Source: Squalus acanthias (taxonomy: Eukaryota). Taken from it: a DNA stretch of 64,000 nucleotides. Positions within the stretch are counted from its first letter, which is position 1. Each line of letters begins with the position of its first letter. A program made the translations under genes and the position numbers. Positions 26,440 through 38,029 of the stretch are shown here, in pieces. The stretch is from positions 108,316,001 through 108,380,000 of the forward strand of contig CM059431.1 of the NCBI GenBank assembly GCA_030390025.1. The letters run 5' to 3'. The notes under the pieces were generated by a model that was given only the letters and a program-made list of their open reading frames with translations, did no database searches and was not told where the DNA came from.

Positions 26440-26918
26440 TCAGAGACGATTCACTCGGTTGATTCCTGAGATGAGGGGGTTGACTTATGAAGAAAGGTTG
26501 AGCAGGCTGGGCCTATACTCATTGGAATTTAGAAGAATGAGAGGTGATCTCATTGAAACATATAAGATACTGAGGATGCAGAGAGGATGTTTCCCCTCGT
26601 GGGGAAATCTAGAACACGGGGGCAGTTTCAGAATAAAGGGTTGCCCTTTTAGAACTGAGATGAGGAGGAATTTCTTCTCTCTGAGGGTCGTAAATCTGTA
26701 GAATTCTCTGCCCCAGAGAGCCGTGGAGGATGGGTCATTCAATACATTTAAGGTGGAGATAGACAGATTTTTGCAGGATAAGGGAGTGAAGGGTTATGGA
26801 GAGCGGGCTGGAAAGTGGCTTTGAGCCCGAGATCAGCCATGATCTTATTGAATGGCGGAGCAGGCTCGAGGGGCCAAGTGGCCTATTCCTGCTCCTGTTT
26901 CTTATGTTCTTATGTTCT
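26440..26918 (+). mobile_element. CR1 3' fragment
   Basis: QRRFTRLIPEMRGLTYEERLSRLGLYSLEFRRMRGDL, with tail (cttatgtt)n. Confidence 0.9.
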
Positions 26919-27581
26919 TAACCGGTTTCCCACCTGACAACCAGCCATGTTAACAGGCTGTCTGTCTGTCGGTCTGGAAGTCAGACAGGGAGTGGATGTT
27001 GGTAAGTCTGACATCATGGGGGGGGTTGGACAATGTGGGGGAGGGTTAATTGGACATCGCGGAGGTGAATCGGACATCGTGGGAGGGGTTGACCCATTGC
27101 GGGGTTCAGATCTCGCGGCAGTAAGCTTGTTGGGCCGATGGGAAATGCTCCTGCTCCTCCTGGCCCACAAGCAGTGCAAGAAAGGGAATTACCTCATGGA
27201 GCAGGCCCTTCTCCCCTCCTTGTATCTGCTGGGAAACCCGGCCTGCAGAAGTTAAAAATAAAACATTAGTTAAAATAGTGGCACGCAGCCTCCTCAATAG
27301 ATTTTAGTGACCGACCCGCCTCCTGAGAGCGGGTATGGTTGCCCACCCCCCTACCAACCACACCTCTGCCCCCCCCCCCCACCGCACCCCCCCCGGAATC
27401 GCCTCCATTAAAACCGGAAGTGGGCAATTTGGAGGCGGGTTGGGTCGGGTTTAAGAATTTTAAAATTTTTATCTTCCCACCCACCCCCAACCCACCTGTC
27501 TTTGGGGGTTAAAATCCGCACCCCCCCCCCCCCCCCCCCGCCCCGTACTTGTGAATCAGTGCCTGAGATGTCTGGAGAGAT

Positions 27582-28474
27582 TGGGTAAAAATTCAGTTGG
27601 TTGCGCCTCCCGTTAGCACCTTAAGAGGGCGCTAATGGGGCGCAAAGCTGCTAACGCCCGGGCGCAGCGATGTTTCCGCCGCTCGGGAACTTAACTTGAC
27701 ATTGTGCGGCGGCGCTAAAACTTACCGCTGCGACCACCTGCGTGCGCAGATTATGACGTCATTCCATGCTGCAACGCCCTTGTGGCGCCCCGGAGCGGAA
27801 ATTGAGTGGCGCCCCCTGCCTTACCGCCTGGCGCATCCAACGACCAGAAGACTGGAACGCTATCAATCGCTGTGGGGCTGGGGGGGGCGCTATTTAAAGG
27901 GGGCCTCTTCCTGTCTTTTATTGTTGGTGGCATTTTTGAACTACGCATTCTGAGAGAGAGAGGGAGAGACTTCTGGAGAGATTCAACGTTGTGTGAAGGA
28001 GTTTTGGGTACTGAGCAGCACTTTGCAGGTTCATTTTGATTTGCCATTCCTTGTATCGATTTAGCAGAGACTGTGGGAGCTGCACTCTGAGCTCTTTGCC
28101 TGGTACTCTCCATTGTTCTTTCCAGCACATTTGATGTGCAAGTCTCTCCAGGCCGAGATTCAAGGCTGCAATGAACAGGATGTGGATGGAAAGCAAGATT
28201 AACCATCCCCTTTAAGAACTGGCCCTTGCCATTGTGTGTGTGTTCCATTGCTGTCTGACATTACATGAGCTTCGCCAGCGCTCCGAGTTAGCGCCTCACT
28301 GCTCGGCCTTTGCGTCTTAAGACAGGTGTGCAGCACCTGCTTTAGCGCTCCACTCACCTCCCGGGGCGGTAAAAGTGAAGTTTCCAGTCAGTGCCGATAA
28401 TTAGCGCCAGGCGCTAATATTTGCGTTCAGACGATATTTGCGCCCCAAATGGGGCGCGACCTAATTTCTACCCC
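27582..28474 (+). mobile_element. Non-autonomous deletion derivative (~890 bp) of the Harbinger at 33401-37603
   Basis: 27582-27990 matches the left end (33401-33830) and 28270-28474 matches the right end (37400-37603). The middle ~280 bp is unrelated filler. Confidence 0.92.
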
Positions 28475-29267
28475 TAGGAATTGTATAATTGTATTGCCTT
28501 GAAATATAGCTCCACCAGCATCTCCAGGGTAATTGTAATTTGCTGCACACTGCAGGTTTTGCCATTTAGAAAGGTCTACCTGTGGAGAAGGAGGAGGCCC
28601 AATCACAGCAACAGACAGATCAAGATGCCGATGATAACTCTGTGTGCCACATCTGCCCAGTACACTCACAGTCCTCTCCACATGTGTAGAACAGAGCAGC
28701 CCAAAAGATATTAAGCAACGTTGGCCTCTGTACTAACTCAACTGCCATGGAAGCCCGTCCTTTTATTTGCGAATACTTTATGCAATCAAACTTCCTCAAA
28801 GTGATGTTGCTGTTGTTCTTCGCCCAGTGTTTACTTTAGGGGATGGTTTCTGTTTTTTTGACCTCTACATCCTAATCTCGGGCTCCTTTGAAGTGCTTTC
28901 CCCGATGGCAGGTGAAAGTGAGGTCACTTAGGCTGGTAAGTGTCAGTCGGAGCTTCTTGGGTTTGGGTTGCCCCATACCACGTTGGGTTGAGTCATGAGA
29001 TGGCTCTGAAACTGATGCCACCACGTCTGCTGCATTGACTGGCCGATCCTACCCGTTTTCTGGTTAATCTTCCATTCTATTTAGGGAATGAGTGAGTGAG
29101 TAGAAGAAGACGTACAGAGAAAGAACGGTACTAGCCCAGAACTTTAGGGAGGCTTCACCCTTGCCCACTCCCATTCAAATTGATCCAATGGCGTAAAATG
29201 AAAGGCCTCTCCTATCCGTTGAGTTTTTCTCCTTTCTGTTATGCACTGTCTGGTCCTGAAACCTAAC

Positions 29268-29610
29268 ACATAAGTACATAACAAATAGAAACAAGAGTAG
29301 GTATTATGGCTCCTTAAGCCTGCTCTGCCATTCAATAAAATCATGGCTGATCTTCTACCTCAGCTCCACTTTCCTGTCCGATCCCCATATCCCTTGACTC
29401 CCTTAGTATTCAACAATCTATCGATCTCAGTCTTGAATATACTCAGCAACTGAGCGTCCACAGCCCTGTGGGGTCGAGAATTCCAAAGATTCACCACCCT
29501 CTGAGTGAAGAAATTCCTCCTCATCTCAGTCCTAATTGGCCGACCTCTTATCCTGAGACTATGACCCCGAGTGCTAGACACTCCAGCCGGGAGAAACAGC
29601 CTCTCAGCAT
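29268..29610 (-). mobile_element. CR1 3' fragment
   Basis: DAERLFLPAGVSSTRGHSLRIRGRP..GYGDRTGKWS plus 3' UTR. Confidence 0.9.
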
Positions 29611-29914
29611 CAAATATTATTGACATGTTGTATGTTTTTGAAGAGCAGATGGAATAACACAATAATGTCCAGCCAGCTTGTGTGTGAGTAAGTGACTCTA
29701 CATCATGCAGCTGGCTTGTGTTGTAAGGTTGCTTTGTAGGCTCACCTTTCCAAATGTTAATGCAACAATAGCTCCAGTTTTAATGAGCAGTAATACAGTG
29801 TGCTCCAATACAGTCGTATATGTGAAGGTTGGCTGGAGCTGTTTTCTGAAGGCAGCTTCCGTGACGGCTTAACATTGTGAGAGAAATTATTTGTAACATG
29901 TATAATTACATTGG

Positions 29915-30480
29915 ATATACAGCACAGAAACAGGCCATTCAACTCAACCAGTCCATACCATGCATTTATGCTCCACTTGAGCCTCCTCCTGTCTTTCCTC
30001 ATCTAACTCTATCAGCATAACCCTCTATTCCCTTCTCCCTCATATGCTTGTCTAGCCTCCCCTTAAATGCATCTATACTATTCGCCTCAACCACTCCCTG
30101 TGGTAGCAAGTTCCACATTCTCACCACTCTCTGGGTAAAGACGTTTCTTCTGAATTCCCTATTTGATTTCTTGGTGACTATCTTATATTGATGGCCGCTA
30201 GTTTTCCTCTTCCCCTCAAGTGGAAACACTCTCTCTCTGTCTACTCTATTAAAACATTTCATAATTTTAAAGACCTCTATTAGGTCACCCCTCAGACTTC
30301 TCTTTTCAAGAGCAAAGAGACCCAGCCTGTTCATCCTTTCCTGATAGGAATACCCTCACATTTCTGGTAACATCCTTGTAAATCTTTTTTGCACCCTCTA
30401 CTGTGCCCCTATATCCTTTTTATAATATGGCGACCAGAATTGTACTCAGTACTCCAAGTGTGGTTTAACCAAGGTTCGAT
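29915..30480 (-). mobile_element. CR1 3' fragment (second subfamily)
   Basis: RLGLFALEKRSLRGDLIEVFKIMK...FKGRLDKHM. Confidence 0.85.
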
Positions 30481-31074
30481 ACAAATATTTGCCTATGTAT
30501 TGATGTAAGTGAAAAGATAACCAACCTTCCATTGGCAAATCTCCTGAGGCTTTTAACCATTTTTCTCACCTTCTCCTGTGTCTTTTGGAATTTTGACACT
30601 GCTTTACTGTGCCTGCCACGTTCTGCCAAGATGAGTGCGTAGTTTTCATGTTGGGTAGGTGTTTTGAGATTCCAAACAGGGTAACCCTTCTGGCAGAGCA
30701 CCTCTGAAGCAGTGTTAGAAAATGCTAGTGCTTTGCAACATTGGCCAGCCATTTTATTTTATTTTTTTGCCCAACAACAATCAAGCAGCCTTTCAAATAG
30801 CAGCTGCAATCTTGAAGAGCTACAACTACAGGAGCTATTTACCGTCCCCTGTGTTGAAAGCAAGATCTCAGTGGTGGCCTTAATTTAGGTCTGGAGCACG
30901 TTATGAATACAGGATGAGGCCGATCTCAGTAAAATCCCGTGAGGTTGGCCAATGCTGCAAGTCAGTGAGTACTATGTTTTCTGAACTCCGACCCTGTAGC
31001 TTTAGATTCTTGTAGAATGTTTTACAGCTTTACTAGGATTAGTGCCCTGGGAATATAAAAGGCAAGGAAGTGAA

Positions 31075-31515
31075 AAGAATGACTTGCACTTATATAGCGC
31101 CTTTCACAGTCATAGGACGTCCCAAATGCTTTGCAGCCAATGAAGTACCTTTGAAGTGTTGTCACTTTGTGATGTAGTAAACGCGGCGGCCAATTTGCGC
31201 AAGGCAAGCTCCCACATACAGCAATGTGGTAGTGATGTTGATAGAGGGATAAATATTGGCCAGGACACCTGGGAGAACTCCCCTGCTCTTCTTCAAAATA
31301 GAGCCATGGGATCTTTTACTTCCACCTGAGAGAGCAGTCGAGGCCTCGGTTTTAATGTCTCATCCGAAAGATGGCACCTTAGACAGTGCAGCACTGCCTC
31401 AGCACAGGACTGAAGTGTCAGCCTAGGTTATTTATTATGCTGAAGTCTCTGGAGTGGGTTTTGAATCCACAACCTTCTGACTCAGAGGCGAGAGTGCTAC
31501 CCACTGAGCCACGAC
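31075..31515 (-). mobile_element. tRNA-derived DeuSINE-like SINE
   Basis: Reverse complement of the element at 20545-21000, including the A box tggctcagtgggt and B box. Confidence 0.75.
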
Positions 31516-33912
31516 TGACACAAGAGGGTGAAATGAAAGGTGAGACTAGGGCAGAGATAGTGCTACAGGAGATTCAAATATTTAAGTTTTACAATAAATT
31601 GGTGAATGTTCATTATAATAAACAGTTTCTACACTTAGATGTTGTCTGTCATGAGGTCTGTACATGTGAAGTTTAGGAACGTAGGAACAGGAGGAGGCCA
31701 TTCAGCCCCTCGAGCCTGTTCCGCCATTCAATGAGATCATGGCTGATCTGTATTGTAACTCCATCTACCTGCCTTGGTTCTGTAACCCTTAATACCCTTA
31801 CCTAACAGAAATCTATCAATCTCAGTTTTGAAATTTGAATAATGAGGGGTTTTGCTAGACCAACTAGGTAGCAACTGTTTCCTCTGGCAAGTGGGTCAAT
31901 GACCAGAGTCATAGTTTTAAAAATATTTGGCAAAAGAAATGGAGGGGAAATGAGGAGAAATGATTTCACACAAAGGGTTGTTATACAGGTGATGTTTGTC
32001 CCCTAGCCTCAACAGCTTTTGGGATGTAGGGTGTTTTTGCGTGCCCCGTGTTTCTATGACTCTCCCTTGAGTCGACCCGTGCCACAAAAACTCCCCGGTT
32101 TGGGTTGTTTCCCTTGGACGGCAGGAGCTTTTGCCAATAGTCCCTGCCCAGCCCGTCGATTAGCGGGTAATCCCACAGAGAGAGAGAGACCAAGGCCAAT
32201 AGGTCTTCTCCTATGCCCGATGCGCAGCGTCCCCAGCAGGATTACTGTGTAACCCGGCCGTGACCGGATGCCACCCGGTTGGTCTTCCGAATTATACCGC
32301 GAACCACAAGCCCCACAACCTCCAAGTTCGGACCCAAGGAGTTACTATGGATAGATTATAAATGACTCAGACGAAAACAAAACGGTTCAGGTTGGTCAAA
32401 GATCGATTCCTTTTTATTACACTCACAAAAACGGCAATCCCTACTCCTCTCGCCTACGGCAGAACGAGTAGGTGACCATGGACACTAGCTTATAACTTTA
32501 GACTAAAATACCCACCCTGTTGGTTACGCTGAACCAGCCCCTTCCCAGAATCTAAGCCTAGATAAGGGAAAAACCCTTCTAACTAAACCCCTCTCCCGAT
32601 TTGGTCAGAACCCACACTTGGAAGCCTCCTCACACACACACCCGTGTTAGCCTTCGTCTTGGACACTTGCAGTTCCTCAGCAGCAAGACACGCGGGCGGT
32701 CCTGGGGATTTCTAGAGGTGTATGCTGGATATAATTACCAGCCCTTGTTGTTGATTCACGTGGTCCCGGGTCTGTTCGACTCCAGAGACAAACCGTGCCT
32801 AACAGAGGCATGCGATGAGGCCTAGAGAGTTACGTTCAGGCGGTACAGTCAGGCACTCACTTCGGGCATTCCTGGAGAGTTGGTGGACGCGTAGTTACGT
32901 GGATAACCCCGTTACAGATGGTAGAGAAAAGCAGGCAAGCAACAGCCAAAAAGCAACCCGCTGCATCCCCAAAGTTCAGCATGTTTATACCCCGTGCAAT
33001 ACACAAAACTTGCTGGGCAATTCCTGGTTACCATGGTCGCAGAGATGCTAGTTGGTTTACCTGGTGATGTCTCTTGTCCTGGATTGGTCATCTTGAAGAA
33101 AACAATGTTAGGCCATTATTGTAGATGAGCAGTACTCGAATTGCTAAATGTTTGTTAAGTTCTTGACTGCTCCTTCATTGAAAGAGTCCAGAGGTGTTAC
33201 TTTTGGCCTCCAAACCTCATTGTCCCTCCAGACATCCCGGCTCCATGGACAAAGGGTGGTTTTCCCCAAAACTCACAAGTTTGAATATGAAAAGGCTCCT
33301 GCCTTCCATGATGTCAGCGTTGAGACAGGTCCCATGGCAAACCAAAAGACAGACAGTTCATCTTCACAGAAACCAACAGGCAGTCCCTTTTAAAGTCCAA
33401 GGGGTAAAAATTCAGTTGGTTGCGCCTCCCGTTAGCGCCTTAAGAGGGCGCTAATGGGGCGCAAAGCCGCTAACGCCCGGGCGCAGCGATGTTTGCGCCG
33501 CTCGAGAACTTAACTAGAGATTGTGCGGCGGCGCTAAAACTTAACGCTGCGACCATCTGCGCGCGCAGATTATGACGTCATTCCATGGTGCAACGCCCTT
33601 GTGGCACCCCGGAGCGGAAATTGAGTGGCGCCCCCTGCCTTACCGCCTGGCGCTTCCAACGACCGGAAGATTGGAACGCTATCAATCGCTGTGGGGCTGG
33701 GGGGGGGCGCTATTTAAAGGGGGCCTCTTCCTGTCTTTTTCTGTGGTCGACATTTATGCACCACTCGTTCTGAGAGAGAGAGAGAGATTCGGAGAGAGAG
33801 AGAGAGAGACTTCTACATTGACTCAACGCTTTGTGAGGTAGTTTTGCCTATTCATCCTAACTTTGTTGCTACTTTAGTTGCTGTCCCTCATTACTTTTCT
33901 TGCAAAGAGAAT

Positions 33913-35073
33913 ATGGGGGCTGCACTGATTGGGGGCATCGTCCTGCTCCAGCTGAATCGGAGGATACAGAGACGCAGAGAGAGAGTGGCAATGATGGCCA
34001 GACGGAGGAGGGCCATCAGGCGCATGTACAGGAGAGCTTACCCTCCCAGGGTATATCGTGAACAGCTCTCCTACATCCATATGTCTGAGGAGCTGTGTTT
34101 GCGAAGGCTGCGATTCAGCAAGGAGGTGGTCACTGAGCTCTGCCACCTGCTGCAGCCAGATCTGCAGCCTCAACTGAGGTCCAGGACGTCTCTGTCGGTG
34201 GCAGTGAAGGTCACAGTGGCTTTGAACTTCTTCGCCACTGGCTCATTCCAAGCTGCTGTTGGGGACCTCGCCAATATCTCCCAGTTCGCGGTGCATCGCT
34301 GCATCCGGCAGGTCACAAATGCCCTCTTCAGAAGGAGACGAGAGTTCATCTTTTTCCCTATGACCCCAGACAAGCAGCGTGACCGCGCTCTGGGCTTTGC
34401 GAGGGTAGCGGGCTTCCCCATGGTGCAGGGCGCCATTGACTGCACGCATGTGGCTTTGCGTGCTCCGCGTGAGAATCCAGAGGAATTCAGGAACAGAAAG
34501 GGGTTCCATTCCTTGAATGTCCAGTTGGTCTGTGACCACAGACAGCTGATACTCGCTGTCAATGCCCACTATCCTGGCAGCTGCCACGATGCTTTTATCC
34601 TGCGCCAGACTACTGTGGCAGAACTTTTCGAGGCAGCGCACCAGCCAGTTGGTTGGCTTCTCGGGGACAAGGGGTATGCATTGAGCACCTGGCTGATGAC
34701 ACCGCTCCGTACGCCAAACACCCCTGCTGAGCTGCGGTACAATGAAAGCCATCAAGCAACCAGGAACATTATTGAGCGCACAATCGGCGTGCTGAAACAA
34801 CGGTTCCGCTGTCTGGACCATTCCGGAGGAGCCCTGCAGTACTCGCCTGAGCAAGTATCGAACTTTGTAGTCGTGTGCTGCATGTTGCACAACATGGCAA
34901 TCCTCAGGACCCAGCCAATGCCACCAGGCCTTGTAGCACCACTAGAGGAGGAGGAGGAAGAGGAGGAAGAGGACGAGGACGATGATCATCAGCAGCACCA
35001 AGGCGGGAGGGCGGCCCACAATGGTCAAACTGCAAGGGCCGTCCGTCAACGGCTAATAGCAAGCCGCTTCTAG
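33913..35073 (+). CDS. Harbinger DDE transposase (HARBI1-like nuclease), intact, 386 aa from the first ATG
   Basis: Open ORF with catalytic motifs GAIDCTHV, LLGDKGY and RNIIERTIGVLKQRFRCL, plus RNRKGFHSLNVQLVCD, PGSCHDAFIL, CCMLHNM and an acidic tail. A TATTTAAA lies near 33711 and AATAAA at 35235. Confidence 0.95.
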   Translation: MGAALIGGIVLLQLNRRIQRRRERVAMMARRRRAIRRMYRRAYPPRVYREQLSYIHMSEELCLRRLRFSKEVVTELCHLLQPDLQPQLRSRTSLSVAVKVTVALNFFATGSFQAAVGDLANISQFAVHRCIRQVTNALFRRRREFIFFPMTPDKQRDRALGFARVAGFPMVQGAIDCTHVALRAPRENPEEFRNRKGFHSLNVQLVCDHRQLILAVNAHYPGSCHDAFILRQTTVAELFEAAHQPVGWLLGDKGYALSTWLMTPLRTPNTPAELRYNESHQATRNIIERTIGVLKQRFRCLDHSGGALQYSPEQVSNFVVVCCMLHNMAILRTQPMPPGLVAPLEEEEEEEEEDEDDDHQQHQGGRAAHNGQTARAVRQRLIASRF

Positions 35074-35367
35074 GGCCCCTGCCATTGCTACCAACATTAA
35101 TCAACCCAGCACGCAACCCCTAAGCCGGCCAAGGCACCAATAATTCCAACCACCAGCCATGTATATTTTGAATACAGAAACTTATTTATTTTACAAACTC
35201 TGTGTGTGTCAATTCCTCATGACAAACTCATAGAAATAAACACAAAAAAACAGTCAATAACATAACTGGTTCTCACAACCTGGAGATAATGTCCAAAACA
35301 CTAAACAAAAGTTGGACCATGAACCTCGGCCTTTAATAAAAAAATGACCAGCATTTTGTCACACCTC

Positions 35368-37245
35368 CTACTTTTTGCCCTTCGAGCGTGATCTCCTTCC
35401 CTTGCGCACTTCCCCCCTTCTAACCCTACTGCTCCTCCGTAATGGGACCTCAGTGGCTGCAGCAAGGCTGGTGGAAGGCTGCTGCTCGTCAGACCCTGAC
35501 ACTGCAGATGCCCCTGAAGGACGGCCTCGACCACTTCTGGGCCTGGAGGGCCCGGCTGCAGACTGCACCAACTCTGCATGGGCGGCAGCAGTCTGTCCTA
35601 CAGGCGGTGGCAAGTGCAGTGGAGAAGTGACAGTGTTGGCAGCAGGAATGCTGTCATCGTGAGAGAGGACAGCAACTCCCTGCTCGCCCGACACACTGGC
35701 ACTCCCACGGGGCAGCACTTCAGCATCCGGAGCAATCTGCCGGAGAACAGATTGCTGGCCTGCTGCGGCGCGGTGACAGCCCCGGGGACATGTGCACGAA
35801 CCATCGAGGTTGGCAGCAGTCTGTGCTCGCGTGGCCTCAATCTGAGTCTGTATGAGAGCAGTCAGAGATGGGATCACGGCAGCCAGTGACTGAATTGCAG
35901 CACTAAGCATTAGTGTGGCATCCGCCTGTGCTACAGCGAAGTGCTCCACACTCCTTGCCAGTGACTCAATGCATTCGGGCACCCTTCCCACTGCACCCAT
36001 AAGCTCAGTGTGCATGCCCACCGCCTGGGTGTTCATTTCTGCAATCAGCCGCTCCTCCTCTGCGTCCATTGCAGTAGGAGTGTCTGGCATACTCTCCCTC
36101 TGGGGAGAAGGCCCCCGTTCTTCCCTACCCCCCCCCATGGCGTTGCTGCAGCCCGCTGGGTCCTGGAGCTTCACCCTCATCAGCCCCTTCCCCCCTGCTC
36201 CCCTCCGGGGAAGGCGTGTTCCCAGTGTGGGCATGGGCTTCCTCGGGAGAGGGTGGCACTGATGCTCTGGCTTCCTCTTCCTCCTCAGCTGCAGCATCAC
36301 TCCCAGTGGCAGCTTCAGGGCCCGTCTCCTCAGCTGGTGAATCACCATCTGAAAGCAGGGAGGTACAAGAGTGGCTTTAGCGTGAGGACAGGGTGGCAGT
36401 AAGGGAGGAATAAGTGCAGCGAGTTAGCAAGTTGGATTGAAAGTGTCAAAGGCTGGTGTTGTGAGGGACAAGTGGAAGGACAGAGGACAAAAAGGTGATG
36501 ACCTTACCATTGCTGTCCAGAACGGGGTCGGCGTCTCCAGTGGCGACGGGACCGATCACCCGGCTTGCCACAATCCTGTGGACGCGCTCCTCCAGATCGC
36601 TGAGGGGTTGCAGCTGAGGCCGCCCTCCACCTGTCCGTTGCTGCTGTCTCCTATTATGAGCCAGCTTAGCCTGCAAGAAAAAGGACAGCATCTGAGTAAA
36701 TATACAGCCATGGTCTTGCCTGATGTGCCTCCCATAGGTGAATAGCCCTTACTGTATGCAGCCATGGTCTTGCCTGATGTGCCTCCCATAGGTGAATAGC
36801 CCTTACTGTATGCAGCCATGGTCTTGCCTGATGTGCCTCCCATAGGTGAATCGCCCTTACTGTATGCAAAGTGTGGAATGTGTGTGTGTGTTTGATGAAA
36901 GGGCCATAGGTGTTGGATGAGTGTTGTGCATTGGGGTTTTAAGACCCTCTGGCCATAGAGTGAGGTTGAGATGGAGGGATGGAGAGGTATTGAGAAAAAG
37001 CCACTCACCCTGACGACCCGAGTGAGGTCGTTGAACTTTTTGCGGCATTGAGTATGGGTCCTGGGCACCATGCTCCTGGAGGAGACGCTCTGAGCCACCT
37101 CCCTCCACACTCTTCTGAACTCGCGTGGCAAAGGCCTCCTGCCACTCTCAGGGAACAGCATACATCGTCTGCGCTCCACTGCGCCAACCAGAGCATCCAA
37201 GGCCCGCTCGGTGAAGCGATGAGCGCGTTCTCTCACCCTCTCCAT
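35368..37245 (-). CDS. Harbinger Myb/SANT-like DNA-binding protein, 3 exons (37245-37009, 36670-36508, 36348-35368), with a 1-bp frameshift in the G9 run at 36128-36136
   Basis: Exon 1 reads RFTERALDALV..VWREVAQSVSS..RTHTQCRKKFNDL and exon 2 reads AKLAHNRRQQQRTGGG. Splice sites are canonical (AGG|GTGAGT, ttcttgcag|, ATG|GTAAGG, ctttcag|) with phases 0 and 1. Confidence 0.85.
36705..36868. repeat. 54-bp tandem repeat, 3 copies, in intron 1 of the Myb gene
   Basis: Unit cagccatggtcttgcctgatgtgcctcccataggtgaatagcccttactgtatg. Confidence 0.95.
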
Positions 37246-38029
37246 GCTTGGCAGCAAAATGGATTCACAGGTCTCTCCAGGCTGAGATTCAAGGCTGCAA
37301 TGAGCAGGGTGTGGCTGGGGAGCAAGTGGCCCCCCCCGCTTTAAGAAGTGGCCGGCGCCAGTGTGTCTGTGTTCCCTCGCTAACTGGCAGCAGCTGCGCT
37401 GCGCTCGCGCGCTGAGTTAGCGCCTCACTCCTTGGCCTTTGCGCCTTAAGACAGGTGTGCAGCGCCTGATTTAGCGCTCCACTCACCTCCCGGGGCGGTA
37501 AAAGTGAAGTTTCCAGTCAGTGCCGATAATTAGCGCCAGGCGCTAATATTTGCGTCCAGACGATATTTGCGCCCCAAATGGGGCGCGACCTAATTTCTAC
37601 CCCCAAAAGTCCAATCTCCATTTTTAAAATGCAGCCCACGTGCGTCTCCATTTTAAAAGGGTACATATCCATTTTAAACGTCCAAAAATCCTTGAGGCAC
37701 TGATGTTGGCACCGGCCAAACCCTACAGGGGGGAGAGCGTTCCAGATTTCGATCTACCAATCTGAACAGCAACTTAAAAGAATATAAAAGGTGAGCCATT
37801 GTTGTTTATTGCTTGGCAATGTAACATAGTTGTGGACAGATGTGTAAGTGTAAAATCTCCAGTCCAGGTGCAGAGCCTACGGGACTGGATCACATTTGCA
37901 CATTTTCCAGGGGGGCTGACCTCGGGTCATCTTGTAAGGTCAGCCCATTGGCAATTTGAGCAGCAAGCTCCATGCTGGGAGTGGACCACAGGTCAGGAAG
38001 TCACTAATTTAACTGGACCAGCCACATAA

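Larger units (their letters stand above)
33401..37603 (+). mobile_element. Full-length two-gene PIF/Harbinger DNA transposon (4203 bp)
   Basis: TIRs GGGGTAAAAATT / AATTTCTACCCC and 3-bp TSD CAA at 33398-33400 and 37604-37606. It contains a transposase gene and a convergent Myb/SANT gene. Confidence 0.95.
32025..37727 (-). mobile_element. Solo LTR (~1.5 kb once the nested Harbinger is removed)
   Basis: Inverted termini TGTAGGGT...ACCCTACA, minus-strand AATAAA near 32415 and TATAAA near 32985, and no coding content. The TSD is imperfect (ggga/gggg). Confidence 0.65.

Noticed and set aside
33913..35073. Host HARBI1 gene
   Set aside because: It is intronless and enclosed by TIRs and a TSD with a Myb partner, so it is a transposon-borne transposase rather than the domesticated gene.
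35368..36348. Stand-alone 326-aa protein starting at ATG 36348
   Set aside because: The ATG coincides with a splice acceptor. The region is exon 3 of the Myb gene, and its first ~74 codons are out of the spliced frame.
36705..36868. CRISPR-like array
   Set aside because: The repeats are contiguous with no unique spacers, the context is eukaryotic, and there are no cas genes.
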